Source: Mycoplasmatales bacterium (lineage in GTDB: Bacteria > Bacillota_I > Bacilli_A > Mycoplasmatales > JABABV01). Taken from it: a DNA stretch of 64,000 nt. Every line of letters begins with the position of its first letter. The first letter of the stretch is position 1. The position numbers and the translations under genes are program-made. The DNA lies in assembly GCA_965222755.1 (NCBI GenBank), contig CBDCUK010000002.1, positions 3,542-67,541 on the forward strand, written 5' to 3'. The notes under the pieces were generated by a model that was given only the letters and a program-made list of their open reading frames with translations, was not told the DNA's origin and ran no database searches. Positions 53,372 to 64,000 of the stretch are shown here, piece after piece.

Positions 53372-54535
53372 ATGGCACCAATTATATCAAAAATTAAATT
53401 ATTAGAAGCTGGGACACATTTTGGTCACGAAACTAAACGTTGAAACCCAAAAATGAAACCATATATACATGGAACAAAAGGAAAAACACACGTTATCGAC
53501 TTAGTAAAAACTATCAAGGGATTAGAAGTTGCTTATAAAGTAATTAAATTTCATGCTGCAAAAAAAGGTAATGTTTTATTTGTATGTACACGTCGTAATG
53601 CTCGCGATATTATTAAAGAGCAAGCAGAACGCGCAGGAAGTTTTTATGTAAACCAAAGATGATTAGGTGGAACTTTAACTAACTTCAAAACAATCCAATC
53701 AAGAGTTCGTCATTTATTAATTTTAGAAAATAAAGCTAAAAATAATTTTGAAGGATATACTAAAAAAGAAGGAATTAAGTTTAGTAAAGAAATGCTAAAA
53801 TTACAAAAATTCTTAGAAGGTATTAAAGGAATGCATAATTTACCATCATTAATTGTTGTTCTTGATCCAAATGAAGAGCAAAATGCAATTAACGAAGCAC
53901 GTAAATTAGGAATCCCTATCGTTGGATTAGTAGATACTAACGCTGACCCAGATAGTGTAGATTACATTATTCCAGCAAACGATGATGCTTTAAAAACATT
54001 AAAATTAATTATGACTTTACTAACTGATGCCATTGTTGAAGCTAAAGGTGGAACTCCAGAAATAGCTTACCAAAACATTGCTAGTGAAAATCCATATTTC
54101 GGAAATCGTGGTGGATTAAATAAACCAGGATTCAGATCTCCAAAATTCGTTAAACGTAATGTAATTAAAGTTCTTCAAACAGCAGCAGAAGTTGCTGAAA
54201 GTACACCAGTAGTTGAAAAGAAAGCTGAAGTTAAAACAGTTAAAGTAATTTCAAAAGCTGCTGATGTTAAAGTGACCGAAACTGAAAAAGTAGCAAAACC
54301 AGCTACACCAGTTAAAGAAGAAGCTAAAGTTGTTGCTAAAAAAGTTGCTACACCAGTTAAAGAAGAAACAAAAGTTGTTGCTAAAAAAGAAGCAAAACCA
54401 ACTACAACTGAAGATTTAAGTAGTAAAAAATTAGCAGATCTTAAAGTTATGGCAAAAAATAATAATTTAAAAGGTTATTCTGCACTTAAGAAAAGCGAAT
54501 TAATAGAATTATTAAAATCTGAAGGAGTAAAATAA
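53372..54535 (+). CDS. rpsB: 30S ribosomal protein S2 with a C-terminal extension of about 130 aa
   Basis: The S2 core contains LLEAGTHFGHETKRWNPKM...WLGGTLTNF...VVLDPNEEQNAINEARKLGIPIVGLVDTN. The extension contains a tandem 15-aa repeat and a Rho_N-like end. Fragments share one frame. Confidence 0.93.
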
Positions 54536-54538
54536 TTT

Positions 54539-55414
54539 ATGGCAATAACTGCAAAACAAGTTAAAGAGTTACGTGATTTAACAGGAGCCGGAATGTTAGA
54601 TTGTAAAAAAGCTTTAGTTGATACTGAAGGTAATATCGAAGAAGCTATTGATTGATTACGTAAAAAAGGAATTGCAAAAGCTGCTAAAAAATCTGGACGT
54701 ATTGCTGCTGAAGGACTTACTTCAGTGTTTGTTAAAGATAACAAAGCGATCGTTATTGAAATAAATTCAGAAACTGACTTTGTTGCTCAAAATGATAATT
54801 TTAAAAAATTAGTAAATAAATTATCAGAGATTGTTTTAAATAATAATCCAAAAAATTTAGAAGCAGCATTAAAAATTATCGTTGATGGTAAAACAGTAAA
54901 CGATTTAATTACAGATGCAACTGCTACTATTGGTGAGAAAATTGCTTTACGCCGTTTTGAGATAGTTACAAAAGATTCTGCAGATGTTTTTGGTCCTTAT
55001 ATTCATATGGGTGGAAAAATTTCTACTTTAATTGTTTTAAAAGAATCAACAAACGCCAATGCAGCGCGTGATATTGCTATGCATGTCGCAGCTATGAAAC
55101 CAGCTTTCATTGATAGAAAAGAAATCGGTAAAGATTTTATCGCTAAAGAAACAGTTATTTTAAAAGAACAAGCTTTAAGCGAAGGTAAAAAACCTGAAAT
55201 CGTTGAAAAAATGGTAATTGGTAGATTGAATAAACAATTAGCAGAAATCTGTTTAGTTGATCAACCTTTTGTTAAAAATCCTGAATTTAAAGTAGGAAAA
55301 TTTGCTTTACAATCAAGTAAAGGAATTGCAACTATGATTAGATTTGAATTAGGCGAAGGTATTGTTAAAAATACTAGTAATTTTGCTGACGAAGTTAGTG
55401 AATTAACAAACTAA
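54539..55414 (+). CDS. tsf: Elongation factor Ts
   Basis: The translation [44 protein letters not shown]...ETDFVAQN fits EF-Ts. Confidence 0.95.
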
Positions 55415-55426
55415 TTAAATTAATTT

Positions 55427-55460
55427 AAAAAAATAATTAAAAAATATTAATTATTTTTTT
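55427..55460 (+). terminator. Possible AT-only terminator hairpin after tsf
   Basis: AAAAAAATAATTAA pairs with TTAATTATTTTTTT around a 6-nt loop. There are no G-C pairs. Confidence 0.35.
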
Positions 55461-55520
55461 TATTATACAAGTTGTGTATTATAATTGTAATATTACTTAA
55501 TATAAAGTTGAGGTGTAATT

Positions 55521-56252
55521 ATGTATAAAAGAATTTTATTAAAATTAAGTGGAGCTGCTCTTTCAAATAAACATAAAAATGGCTTAATTATTGATAATGC
55601 AAAAATTGAAGATCTAACTGCTCAAATAAAAGAATTAATTAAACAAGATGTTTCTTTAGCGATTGTTATTGGTGGAGGTAATATTCTACGAGGAGCTAGC
55701 GCTGCTAAATTAGGTATGGATCGTGCCCAAGCTGATTACATGGGAATGATAGCTACTGTAATGAATGGATTAGCTTTAGAAGTTAGTTTAAAAAAAGCAG
55801 GTGTAAATGTTTGTTTAATGTCAGCTTTACCAATGGATAAAGTTGCTGATCCTTATATTTTAAGAAATACTATCAATCATTTAGATGCTGGAAAAGTTGT
55901 AATTCTTAGTGGTGGAACAGGCTCACCATTTTTCACAACGGATTCAGCAGCAGCATTACGTGCAGCAGAAATAAAAGCAGATTTAATTATGATGGGTAAA
56001 AATAATGTTGATGGAATTTATAATAAAGATCCATTAAAATTCAAAGATGCTAAGCGCTACTCGCGTTTAACTTTTAAAGAAGCTTTTGAGAAAAAAATTC
56101 AAATTATGGATTTAACTGCGACTACTATTTGTATGGAAAATGATATTGATATATTAGTATTTAATATTAATCGTCCAAATAGCATAGTTAAAACTTTATT
56201 TAATACTGATCATGATATTACAACTCTAGTAGCCAATACATTTAAAAAATAA
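55521..56252 (+). CDS. pyrH: UMP kinase
   Basis: The ORF is intact, and ILLKLSGAAL, VIGGGNILRG and GGTGSPFFTTDSAAALRA are present. Confidence 0.95.
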   Translation: MYKRILLKLSGAALSNKHKNGLIIDNAKIEDLTAQIKELIKQDVSLAIVIGGGNILRGASAAKLGMDRAQADYMGMIATVMNGLALEVSLKKAGVNVCLMSALPMDKVADPYILRNTINHLDAGKVVILSGGTGSPFFTTDSAAALRAAEIKADLIMMGKNNVDGIYNKDPLKFKDAKRYSRLTFKEAFEKKIQIMDLTATTICMENDIDILVFNINRPNSIVKTLFNTDHDITTLVANTFKK

Positions 56253-56271
56253 ATTAGAAAGAGGAATCATT

Positions 56272-56817
56272 ATGAATAACTTAGAAAATAATTTAAATAC
56301 AGAACTAAACAATATTATAGATAAAATGCAAAAACGCTTTGATTTAATTTCAGCCGGAAGAGCAAACCCTAAAATGTTAGATAATGTAAAAATTGATTAC
56401 TATGGAACATTAACACCAATTTCACAAATAAGTGCAATTTCTTCACCGGATGCAATGCAATTACTAATTAAGCCTTTTAATCAACAAGATATTAAAAACA
56501 TCGCTGCAGCAATCAATAAATCTAATTTAAATTTAAATCCTCAAAACGAAGGGAATCAACTTCGTATTCAAATACCTGCTTTAACAGAAGAGATTAGAAA
56601 TACTAAAGTTAAAGAAGTTAAAAAAATTAATGAAGATACTAAAATTCAAATTCGTAATATTCGTCGAGATTTTAATAACAAAATTAAAGCTGATGCAGAT
56701 TTAACTAAAGACGAAATTAGAGAACAACAAAATATCGTACAAAAAATTATTGATAGTAAAACATTGGAAACAACAGCTCTAACGAATACAAAAGAAACAT
56801 TATTAATGAAAATTTAA
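56272..56817 (+). CDS. frr: Ribosome recycling factor
   Basis: The ORF is intact, and GRANPKMLD, LRIQIPALTEE and IRNIRRD are present. Confidence 0.95.
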   Translation: MNNLENNLNTELNNIIDKMQKRFDLISAGRANPKMLDNVKIDYYGTLTPISQISAISSPDAMQLLIKPFNQQDIKNIAAAINKSNLNLNPQNEGNQLRIQIPALTEEIRNTKVKEVKKINEDTKIQIRNIRRDFNNKIKADADLTKDEIREQQNIVQKIIDSKTLETTALTNTKETLLMKI

Positions 56818-56821
56818 TATT

Positions 56822-57535
56822 ATGCTAAATATTGATAATAAATTAAATCATCTTGGTTTGATTTTAGATGGTAATGGTCGTTTTGCAAAATCACAAAATC
56901 AAAAAAGAACTTTTGGTCATAAAGCTGGTTTGCGTAATTTAAAAACAATTGTGTTGTTTTTAAATAAAATCAAGTTAAATTATTTAACTATTTTTGCATT
57001 TTCTACTGAAAATTGAAAAAGACCACAATCAGAAGTTAAGTATTTAATGCGAATTGCAAATATTTTTTTTAGTTATAACGATATAAAAAATATTATATCT
57101 AATAATATTCGAATTAAATGAATTGGTTTTGAAGAAAACTTAAGTCCAAAATTAATTAAAAAAATTAAAAAAATCGAGTCATTAACTGATAAATGCACCG
57201 GTTTAACATTAACGATTGCTTTTAATTATGGTTCTAAACAAGAGATTATTCATGCAATAAATCAAATAATTATTAATAAAAAAAAAAATAATGACTTTTC
57301 AAAAATCAACGAAAAAGAATTTAATAATTCTCTTTTAAGTGGTTTTTTACCACCAGTTGATTTATTAATTCGCACATCAGGAGAACAACGAATTTCAAAT
57401 TTTTTATTATGACAATTAGATTATTCGGAAATGATTTTCCAAAAAGTTAATTTCCCAGAATACAATATTAGTTTATTAGAAAAAGATATTGAATGATTTC
57501 TAACTCGTAATAGAAGATTTGGGAACATAAAATAA
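56822..57535 (+). CDS. uppS: Undecaprenyl (isoprenyl) diphosphate synthase
   Basis: HLGLILDGNGRFA, FAFSTENWKRP, IRTSGEQRISNF and LWQ are present. The CDS ends at TAA 57533-57535. Confidence 0.92.
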
Positions 57536-57556
57536 ATTAAAAAGGAGATTAATAGA

Positions 57557-58492
57557 ATGCTTTTATCAAGAATAAATAATCATTGAAAAAGAATTATTAC
57601 AGCTGTAATATTAATTTTAATTTTTATTCCAATTATATTCTTTGCGTCATCTCAATATATATATGCAAGATATACTGCAATTGCTTTTTTTGGATTAATA
57701 ATTATATTTGGAACTTATGAATTACTTAATCATCGTGAATGAAATCAATATGTAGTTGGAGTTATGGTTTTTGCAACTATTTTATCAGTTTTTCTACCTA
57801 ATTATTCCTTTTTGAAATTTATTTCTATGAGTTCCAATAGTGATATTAAATTCGATAACATAATTCATGATTTTTTCACCATTAGTCCTTATATATTATT
57901 AATTCCAATATTATTAGCATTATTAACACTGTTTGATAAAAAATTTAATATTGAAGATATTTTATATCCTTTTGGAATTATGACATTAATGATTTGTTTT
58001 GGTAAAATAGCAATTTTATTAAGTATTTTAGATTATAAATATATTGTTTATATTATTGGAATAGCAGTGTTGAGTGATACTGGTGGATATGTTGGTGGTC
58101 GATTATTTGGTAAGAAAAAATTGGCTCCCAAAATTAGTCCTAAAAAAACTGTTGAAGGTGCTATCACTGGATTTTTATCAGGGTTTATATTTGCGTTTTT
58201 TTTCGGATATTTTTTAAATTTAACAACAGGATGAAATAAAGGGTTTAGTTTCGGAGAAGAAACACTACCACAAACTTTTGTTGATATTGTTAATACTTTA
58301 ATAGTAGCTTCAATATTATCTTTTGCATCACCGTTAGGAGATTTATTATTTAGCGTTATTAAACGAAAACAAGGAATTAAAGACTTTTCAAATTTATTAC
58401 CAGGTCATGGTGGGATAATGGATCGCTTAGATTCTATTTCAGTAGTGTCAGTAGTATTTGGATTACTTCTACTTCTACTTTATAGTAAATAA
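57557..58492 (+). CDS. cdsA: Phosphatidate cytidylyltransferase
   Basis: It is a multi-TM protein. The C-terminal signature [28 protein letters not shown] is present, with an AAGGAG RBS. Confidence 0.88.
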
Positions 58493-58515
58493 TTAATGTT
58501 GCGGAGAAACAATTT

Positions 58516-59676
58516 ATGAATTTAAAAATTAAAAAAATTTTATTACTTGGAGCTTCTGGATCAGTTGGAGAACAAGTAGTATCTGTAATTGAAAAATTTC
58601 CACATAATTTTCAATTAGTTAGTGCAACTGTTGGGTACAACTTAAAAATTATTCCAAAACTAATTAATAAATTAGGTGTTAAAAATATTTATGTAATTAA
58701 AAATGAAGATAAAATTAATTTAGAAAAAAAATTTCCTAATATTAATTTTTTTTCTAGCGATATAGGAATTATTAATTTTATTAAAAAACAAAAATATAAC
58801 TTTGCTATTAATGCACTTTCAGGTATTTTTGGTTTAAAACCAACATTAACTATTATTGATCAAAAAAAACCATTAGCATTAGCTAATAAAGAATCATTAG
58901 TTGTTGCGGGTCATTTAATAATGAAAGCTTTAAAAAAATCAAAAACCCAACTATTAACTCTAGATAGTGAGCATAGTGCAATATGACAGATTTTGCAAAA
59001 AGAAACTTTTTCTAAAATTAATTTTGTCATACTAACTGCTAGTGGAGGACCTTTTTTAAATAAGGATATTAAGGATTTTAAAAACATCACTATTGAATCT
59101 GCTCTTAATCACCCAACATGAAATATGGGAAAAAAAATCTTGATTGATAGCGCTTCAATGATGAATAAAGTTTTTGAAGTTTATGAAGCTAAATGACTTT
59201 TCAATTTATCATCTTCTCAAATTAAAGTTATGATTGAACCGAATTCATTTTTACATGGCGGAGTACAATTCATTGATGGGTCAATGCATTGAGAAATGTC
59301 ACGTCCTACAATGATTTTACCAATTGAATATGCAATGTTTTATCCTGAAAGAGCTTTGAATCAAGAAATTAAACCTTTAAATATTATAGATTTTAATAAA
59401 TTAAAATTTTTAAAATTAGATCCAGAAAGATACCCTTTATTTTTTATTGGTACTAGTTATTTAGATAAAGAACTTTCTTGACCAGTTGTTTTAAACGCTG
59501 CTAACGAAGTAGCAGTAGCTTTATTTTTAAAAGGAAAAATATCATTTTTAGACATTATTAATGTTATTAAACAAAGTTTAAAAGATCACCAACCTATTGC
59601 AGTACCAACTTTGTCTGAAATTGAATTAATTGATAATAAAATTAGAGAAAAAATAAATAGTAAATACGGAGGATAA
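58516..59676 (+). CDS. dxr: 1-deoxy-D-xylulose-5-phosphate reductoisomerase
   Basis: LLGASGSVGEQ (NADPH site), LANKESLV, DSEHSAIWQ, LTASGGPF, HPTWNMGKKI..DSA.MMNK and NAANEVAV are present. Fragments share one frame. Confidence 0.9.
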
Positions 59677-59679
59677 AAA

Positions 59680-60489
59680 ATGCATGGATTATTATTAACT
59701 TTTAATGTCATTGTTATTGTGTTGTTTTTAGTTACTTTACATGAATTCGGACATTTCTTAATTGCAAAATTAAGTAAAATGTATGTTCATGAATTCGCGA
59801 TTGGATTCGGACCAAAATTATTAAAATGAAAAATCAAGGAAACAGAATATAGTTTGCGTTTATTACCTTTAGGGGGATATGTTTTAGTGGCTCAAAAATC
59901 AGCCAGATATTTTTTTCCTAATTTATATGGCTATAAAGAAATCAATGGTGACTTAGTCAAGACTCATGAATCAATTATTAAAAACGAACAATTATATGAA
60001 AACTCTGCAATTTGAAAAAGAATTTCATTTATCAGCGCCGGAGTTATTTTTAATTTTCTATTTGCAATGTTTGCACTAGCAATTGCTCTTAATATAAAAA
60101 ATTCTGAGACAACTTCTGTTTACTACCCATTTTGAAAGAATTTTTGATCAGAAAATCAAGCAATATTTACTTCTATTGGACATATGTTTTCTTTTAACTT
60201 TTCTGGTTTAGGAAGCTTTGTTGCCATCGGTAAAGCAACTGGAACATTAGAAATTTGAAGTAATAGCGCTAATTTCTTTTTCTTGGTAGGTAGTTTATCA
60301 TTAAGTTTGGCAATTTTTAATTTATTACCAATTGCACCAATGGATGGTTATAAAGTGGTTGGGTTGCTTTATCAAGTTATCACTAAAAAAGAAATGCCTG
60401 AAAAAGTAAATACGTATTTAAATGTCATTGGTTTATCATTAATAGTTATTTTGTTTATCGGCTTATTATTGAAAGATATTATTAATTAA
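59680..60489 (+). CDS. rseP: M50 site-2 protease (RseP/RasP-like), short form without a PDZ domain
   Basis: HEFGHFLIAK (HExxH in TM1), LPLGGYV and the NLLPIAPMDG motif are present. The protein is 269 aa. Confidence 0.85.
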
Positions 60490-60491
60490 TT

Positions 60492-63400
60492 ATGACATTA
60501 GAAATAAAAAAACTTTTTCAAAAAATTGGATTCACACCAAAGAATGATTTTGCTAATAGTAAAATCATCTTTTTTGGTGCTGATGATATTAATCACAATT
60601 TACAAATAATAATTGAGCTACCAAAAATTTGCAACATATCTGAGATGCTTGCTTTTAAAAAAGCTTGTCAAACTTTAAAGTATAATCCTATCATTCAATT
60701 TCAGTTTCAAAATAATAGTTGAAATTTATTATCATTTAAATCTTACTGAAGTCATTTAGCAGAATTGAATAATGATAAACTTCTAAATTTAAATTTATGA
60801 AAATTAATTGAATTAGATGATATTAATTTTACAAATAATGAAATTATTATTACAACATCATCAGCATCTCTAAAATATGAAATCGAAAAAAAAATAATTA
60901 TTTGACAAAATATTTTTACTCAATATGGATTTGATAACTTAAAAATAAAAATTAAATTAGTTAAAATAAAAATTAATGATTTAATTTCTAAACACATTAG
61001 TGACAGTGATTATACAGAAACTAAACCAATATCTCATGATGCTGTTAATAAAACACCAAAACCAAAACCAGTATTTAAAAAATACCGTAGTAAATATGAA
61101 CTAACTAAAATCTCAGATATTAGCCAAGAATTAAGAAGTATTAAAATTCAGGGTAATGTTTTTAAAATTGACTTTTTTCAAACTAAGACTGGACGATTTT
61201 TATATAATTTCTGAATCACAAATTTTAAAGATTCAATTATTGTTAAAGGAATTGATAGTCCTAAAAGATTAAGCAAAGAACAATTACAAAGTATTAAAGT
61301 TGGTAATGTTATTGTAATCTATGGTGATGTTACTTTTGATTCTTATAGTAAAGAATTAATTGTTTGAATGAGTAATTTTGAAATTATCGCTAGTACAGAT
61401 AAAGATATTTTGTTCCACGACAACGCTCCTGAAAAAAGAGTTGAATTACATGTACATACAAAAATGAGCGCAATGGATAGTGTTATTGATCCAGAAACAT
61501 TAGTGAAAACAGCACTTGCATGAAAACACAAAGCTATTGCAGTGACCGATCATGTTAGTGTTCAATCTTTCCCAGATTTATATAATAGTTTATCTAAATA
61601 TCAATCAACTAAAAACCCATTAAAAATCATTTATGGATGTGAATTAAATGTCATTCCTAAATTAGCAGAATTAGTTTATAACAAAAAACAATATCAAATA
61701 ACAAAAAATAAATATATTATTTTTGATTTAGAAACAACTGGACTATGAGCAAATTTTGATGATATTATTGAATTCGGAGCAGTTAAAATTGAAGATGATA
61801 TTGTGGTGGATAAGTTACAATTTTTTATTAAACCTAATAAAGAAATTCCACAAAATATTATTCTGTTAACTAACATTAATAATGAAATGGTTAAAAATGC
61901 TATTGATCAAAAAACAGCAATAAAAAAAATTGCTGATTGAATTACAGATACACCTTTAGTTGCTCATAATGCTAATTTTGATTATAGTTTTTTATCTGCT
62001 AAATTCGAAAAATATGGTTTAGGAAAACTTAATAATTTAATTATTGATACTTTAATGCTATCACGTGTTTTAAACCCTACTTTTAAACGTCATCGCTTAG
62101 GAACTTTAGCTAAAAAGTACAAAATAACTTATGATTCAAAAGTTGCCCATCGTGCTGATTATGATGCTGAAGTATTACAATTATTATTTTCTAGTATGAT
62201 AGAACAAATTACTAAATTAGGAATTGATAATTGAGCAGATATTGATGATCTGCAAGACGATAAAATTCATAATCATTTAAGACCTAATCATATAACTGCT
62301 TTAGTAAAAAATAATAAAGGATTAAAACAGTTATTTAAAATCATTTCTTTATCACATACAAAATATTTTGCAAGAGAACCAAAGATCATTAAATCAGAAT
62401 TAAAGCAATTAAGAAGTGATTTATTATTAGGGACTAGTTGTTCTAATAATGAAATTTTTAATTTAGCAGCTAATTCTTCAATTGAAAAATTAGAATCAGC
62501 AATGGCGTTTTATGATTATGTAGAAGTACAACCTTTATCAGTATATGATTTTTTAGCCCATCAAGAAAAAATGAATATTAACGACATTAAAGAAGTAGTC
62601 TTAAAGATTATTAAAACTGCTCAAAAAATGAATAAAATAATTATTGCTTCTAGTGATGCGCATTACTTAAGACCTCGCGATCAAATATTTCGAGATATTT
62701 ATATTAATAGCAAAGGAATTGGTGGGAAGCTCCATCCTTTATTTAATCGCTCAAATCCGAATTATGAAAAACCAAAACAACATTTACGCAATACTGAGGA
62801 AATGTTATCAGAATTTAATTTTCTAAATAATGATAATTTCGCTTATGCAATCGTTGTTACTAACACTAACAAAATTGCCGATATGTGTGAAATAGTGATT
62901 CCTTTAAAAAATGATTTATACACACCTTCGATTCCAGGATCAGAAGAAAAACTAAAAAAATTAGTTTTTAGTAATGCTTACAAAAAATATGGTAAAAATT
63001 TACCAAAAATTATTAAAGACCGCATTGATTATGAATTAAAAATTATTATCAATAATGGATTTGCAGTTATTTATTGAATTTCTCATAAATTAGTTGATAA
63101 ATCAATTAAAGCAGGATATTTAGTTGGTTCACGAGGATCTGTAGGATCATCTTTAGTAGCAACTTTATCAGATATTACTGAAGTTAATCCATTATCTCCT
63201 TATTATTTATGTTCTGAATGTCATTATATTGAATTCCAGTCAACTGATAAAGTTCGTAGTGGTTATGATTTAATAAATAAAAAATGCCCTAACTGTCCAG
63301 GAACCCTAGTTGGCGATGGTCATAATATTCCTTTTGAAACCTTTTTAGGATTTAATGGTGATAAAATTCCAGATATTGATTTAAATTTTTCAGGAGAATA

Positions 63401-64000
63401 CCAAGCAACTGCTCATAATTGAACAAAAAAAATGTTTGGTGAAAAAAACGTTTATCGAGCAGGAACAATTTCCACAGTAGCTGAAAAAACAGCATATGGG
63501 TATATTAAAGCATATGAAGAATTAATCAGTGCTATCCCTGCTAAAAAAGCTCAAATCGACCACTTAATAAATGGTTGTGTTGGTGTCAAAAGAACGACGG
63601 GTCAACATCCTGGAGGAATTATTATTATTCCATCAGAATATGAAGTTGAAGATTTTACACCAATAAATTACCCGGCTAACGATAAATCTTCAGAATGATT
63701 AACAACCCATTTTGATTTCCATGCCATTCATGATAATTTATTAAAACTTGATTTATTAGGTCATGATGATCCAACCGCGATTAGAATGTTGGAAAAACTA
63801 ACAGGCGTTAATGCTAAAAAAATCCCTAATAACGATCCTGAAGTAATGGATATTTTTTCTAAGACTAAAACTTTAGGAATTAATCCATCACAAATTTTAG
63901 GAGAAACTACAGGAGCATCTGGAATTCCAGAATTCGGAACTCAATTTGTTAGAAAAATGTTAAAAGCTACGCAACCAAAAACTTTTTCTGATTTAATTCA
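60492..64000 (+). CDS. polC: DNA polymerase III PolC-type (Gram-positive replicative polymerase); 3' end lies outside the window
   Basis: [14 protein letters not shown] (PHP), the exonuclease motif [10 protein letters not shown]...[10 protein letters not shown], a Zn-finger region CSECHY...CPNCPG and the catalytic core [11 protein letters not shown]...HPGGIIIIP are present. All fragments lie in one frame, which is open to the window end. Confidence 0.95.

Noticed and set aside
1-64000. The apparent mass fragmentation of genes (many adjacent same-frame ORFs) could be read as pseudogenisation or poor assembly.
   Set aside because: All breaks are TGA only. They fall at conserved Trp positions, and the joined products are full-length with intact catalytic motifs. 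This is translation table 4, not gene decay.
1-64000. A search for mobile elements, CRISPR arrays, restriction-modification or defence genes, toxin-antitoxin pairs, integrases, rRNA, tmRNA, RNase P and SRP RNA.
   Set aside because: None was recognised. The only GC-rich structured island in non-coding DNA is tRNA-His. All large ORFs are accounted for by housekeeping or transporter families, plus the two orphans reported above.

Overview
This is a very AT-rich, gene-dense chromosomal segment from a Mollicutes-type bacterium (Mycoplasma or Malacoplasma-like; I cannot name the species). It uses translation table 4, where UGA encodes Trp. The supplied six-frame track used the standard code, so most genes appear as 2-6 same-frame fragments split at TGA. 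I rejoined fragments wherever the frame stays open to a TAA or TAG stop and the TGA falls at a conserved Trp position, for example S2 KRWNPKM, EF-Ts AIDWLRKKG, SMC AIRWVMGEQS and peroxiredoxin [19 protein letters not shown].

The content is almost entirely core housekeeping, arranged in blocks that recall Bacillus synteny:
- pepA end, ttcA, truB-ribF, an RNA methyltransferase, trmB, tRNA-His
- tsaE-tsaB-tsaD, a peroxiredoxin, thiN, folD, asnS, galE, pcrA, proS
- rpsP-rimM-trmD-rplS, trmL-def, rnj
- minus-strand rsmD-gmk-prpC-prkC-rsgA-rpe
- transporters (CNNM/CorC, MFS, YitT, MATE), trpS, spx-nadK, rpmB
- yloV-plsX-rnc-smc-ftsY-[gshAB]-ylxM
- rpsB-tsf-pyrH-frr-uppS-cdsA-dxr-rseP-polC

I see no rRNA, CRISPR array, IS element or transposase, prophage, restriction-modification or toxin-antitoxin module, and no convincing multi-gene novel system.

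The items most worth a second look:
- A 566-aa membrane-anchored orphan (18611-20311) whose motif spacing resembles a catalytically dead GGDEF-EAL tandem.
- A 620-aa signal-anchored HExxH surface protein (5535-7397).
- A bifunctional glutathione synthetase (gshAB) wedged into the conserved ftsY-ylxM junction, with ffh absent.
- dxr retained in the ancestral uppS-cdsA-dxr-rseP block.
- Unusual C-terminal appendages on S2 (a tandem repeat plus a Rho_N-like module), Spx (a CxxC-x6-CxxC tail) and RNase J.
- A Cys-less, membrane-anchored PTS-EIIB-like protein.
- A 38-aa zinc-ribbon ORF with a perfect Shine-Dalgarno, downstream of ttcA.

All functional calls rest on motif recognition by eye. No searches were run.
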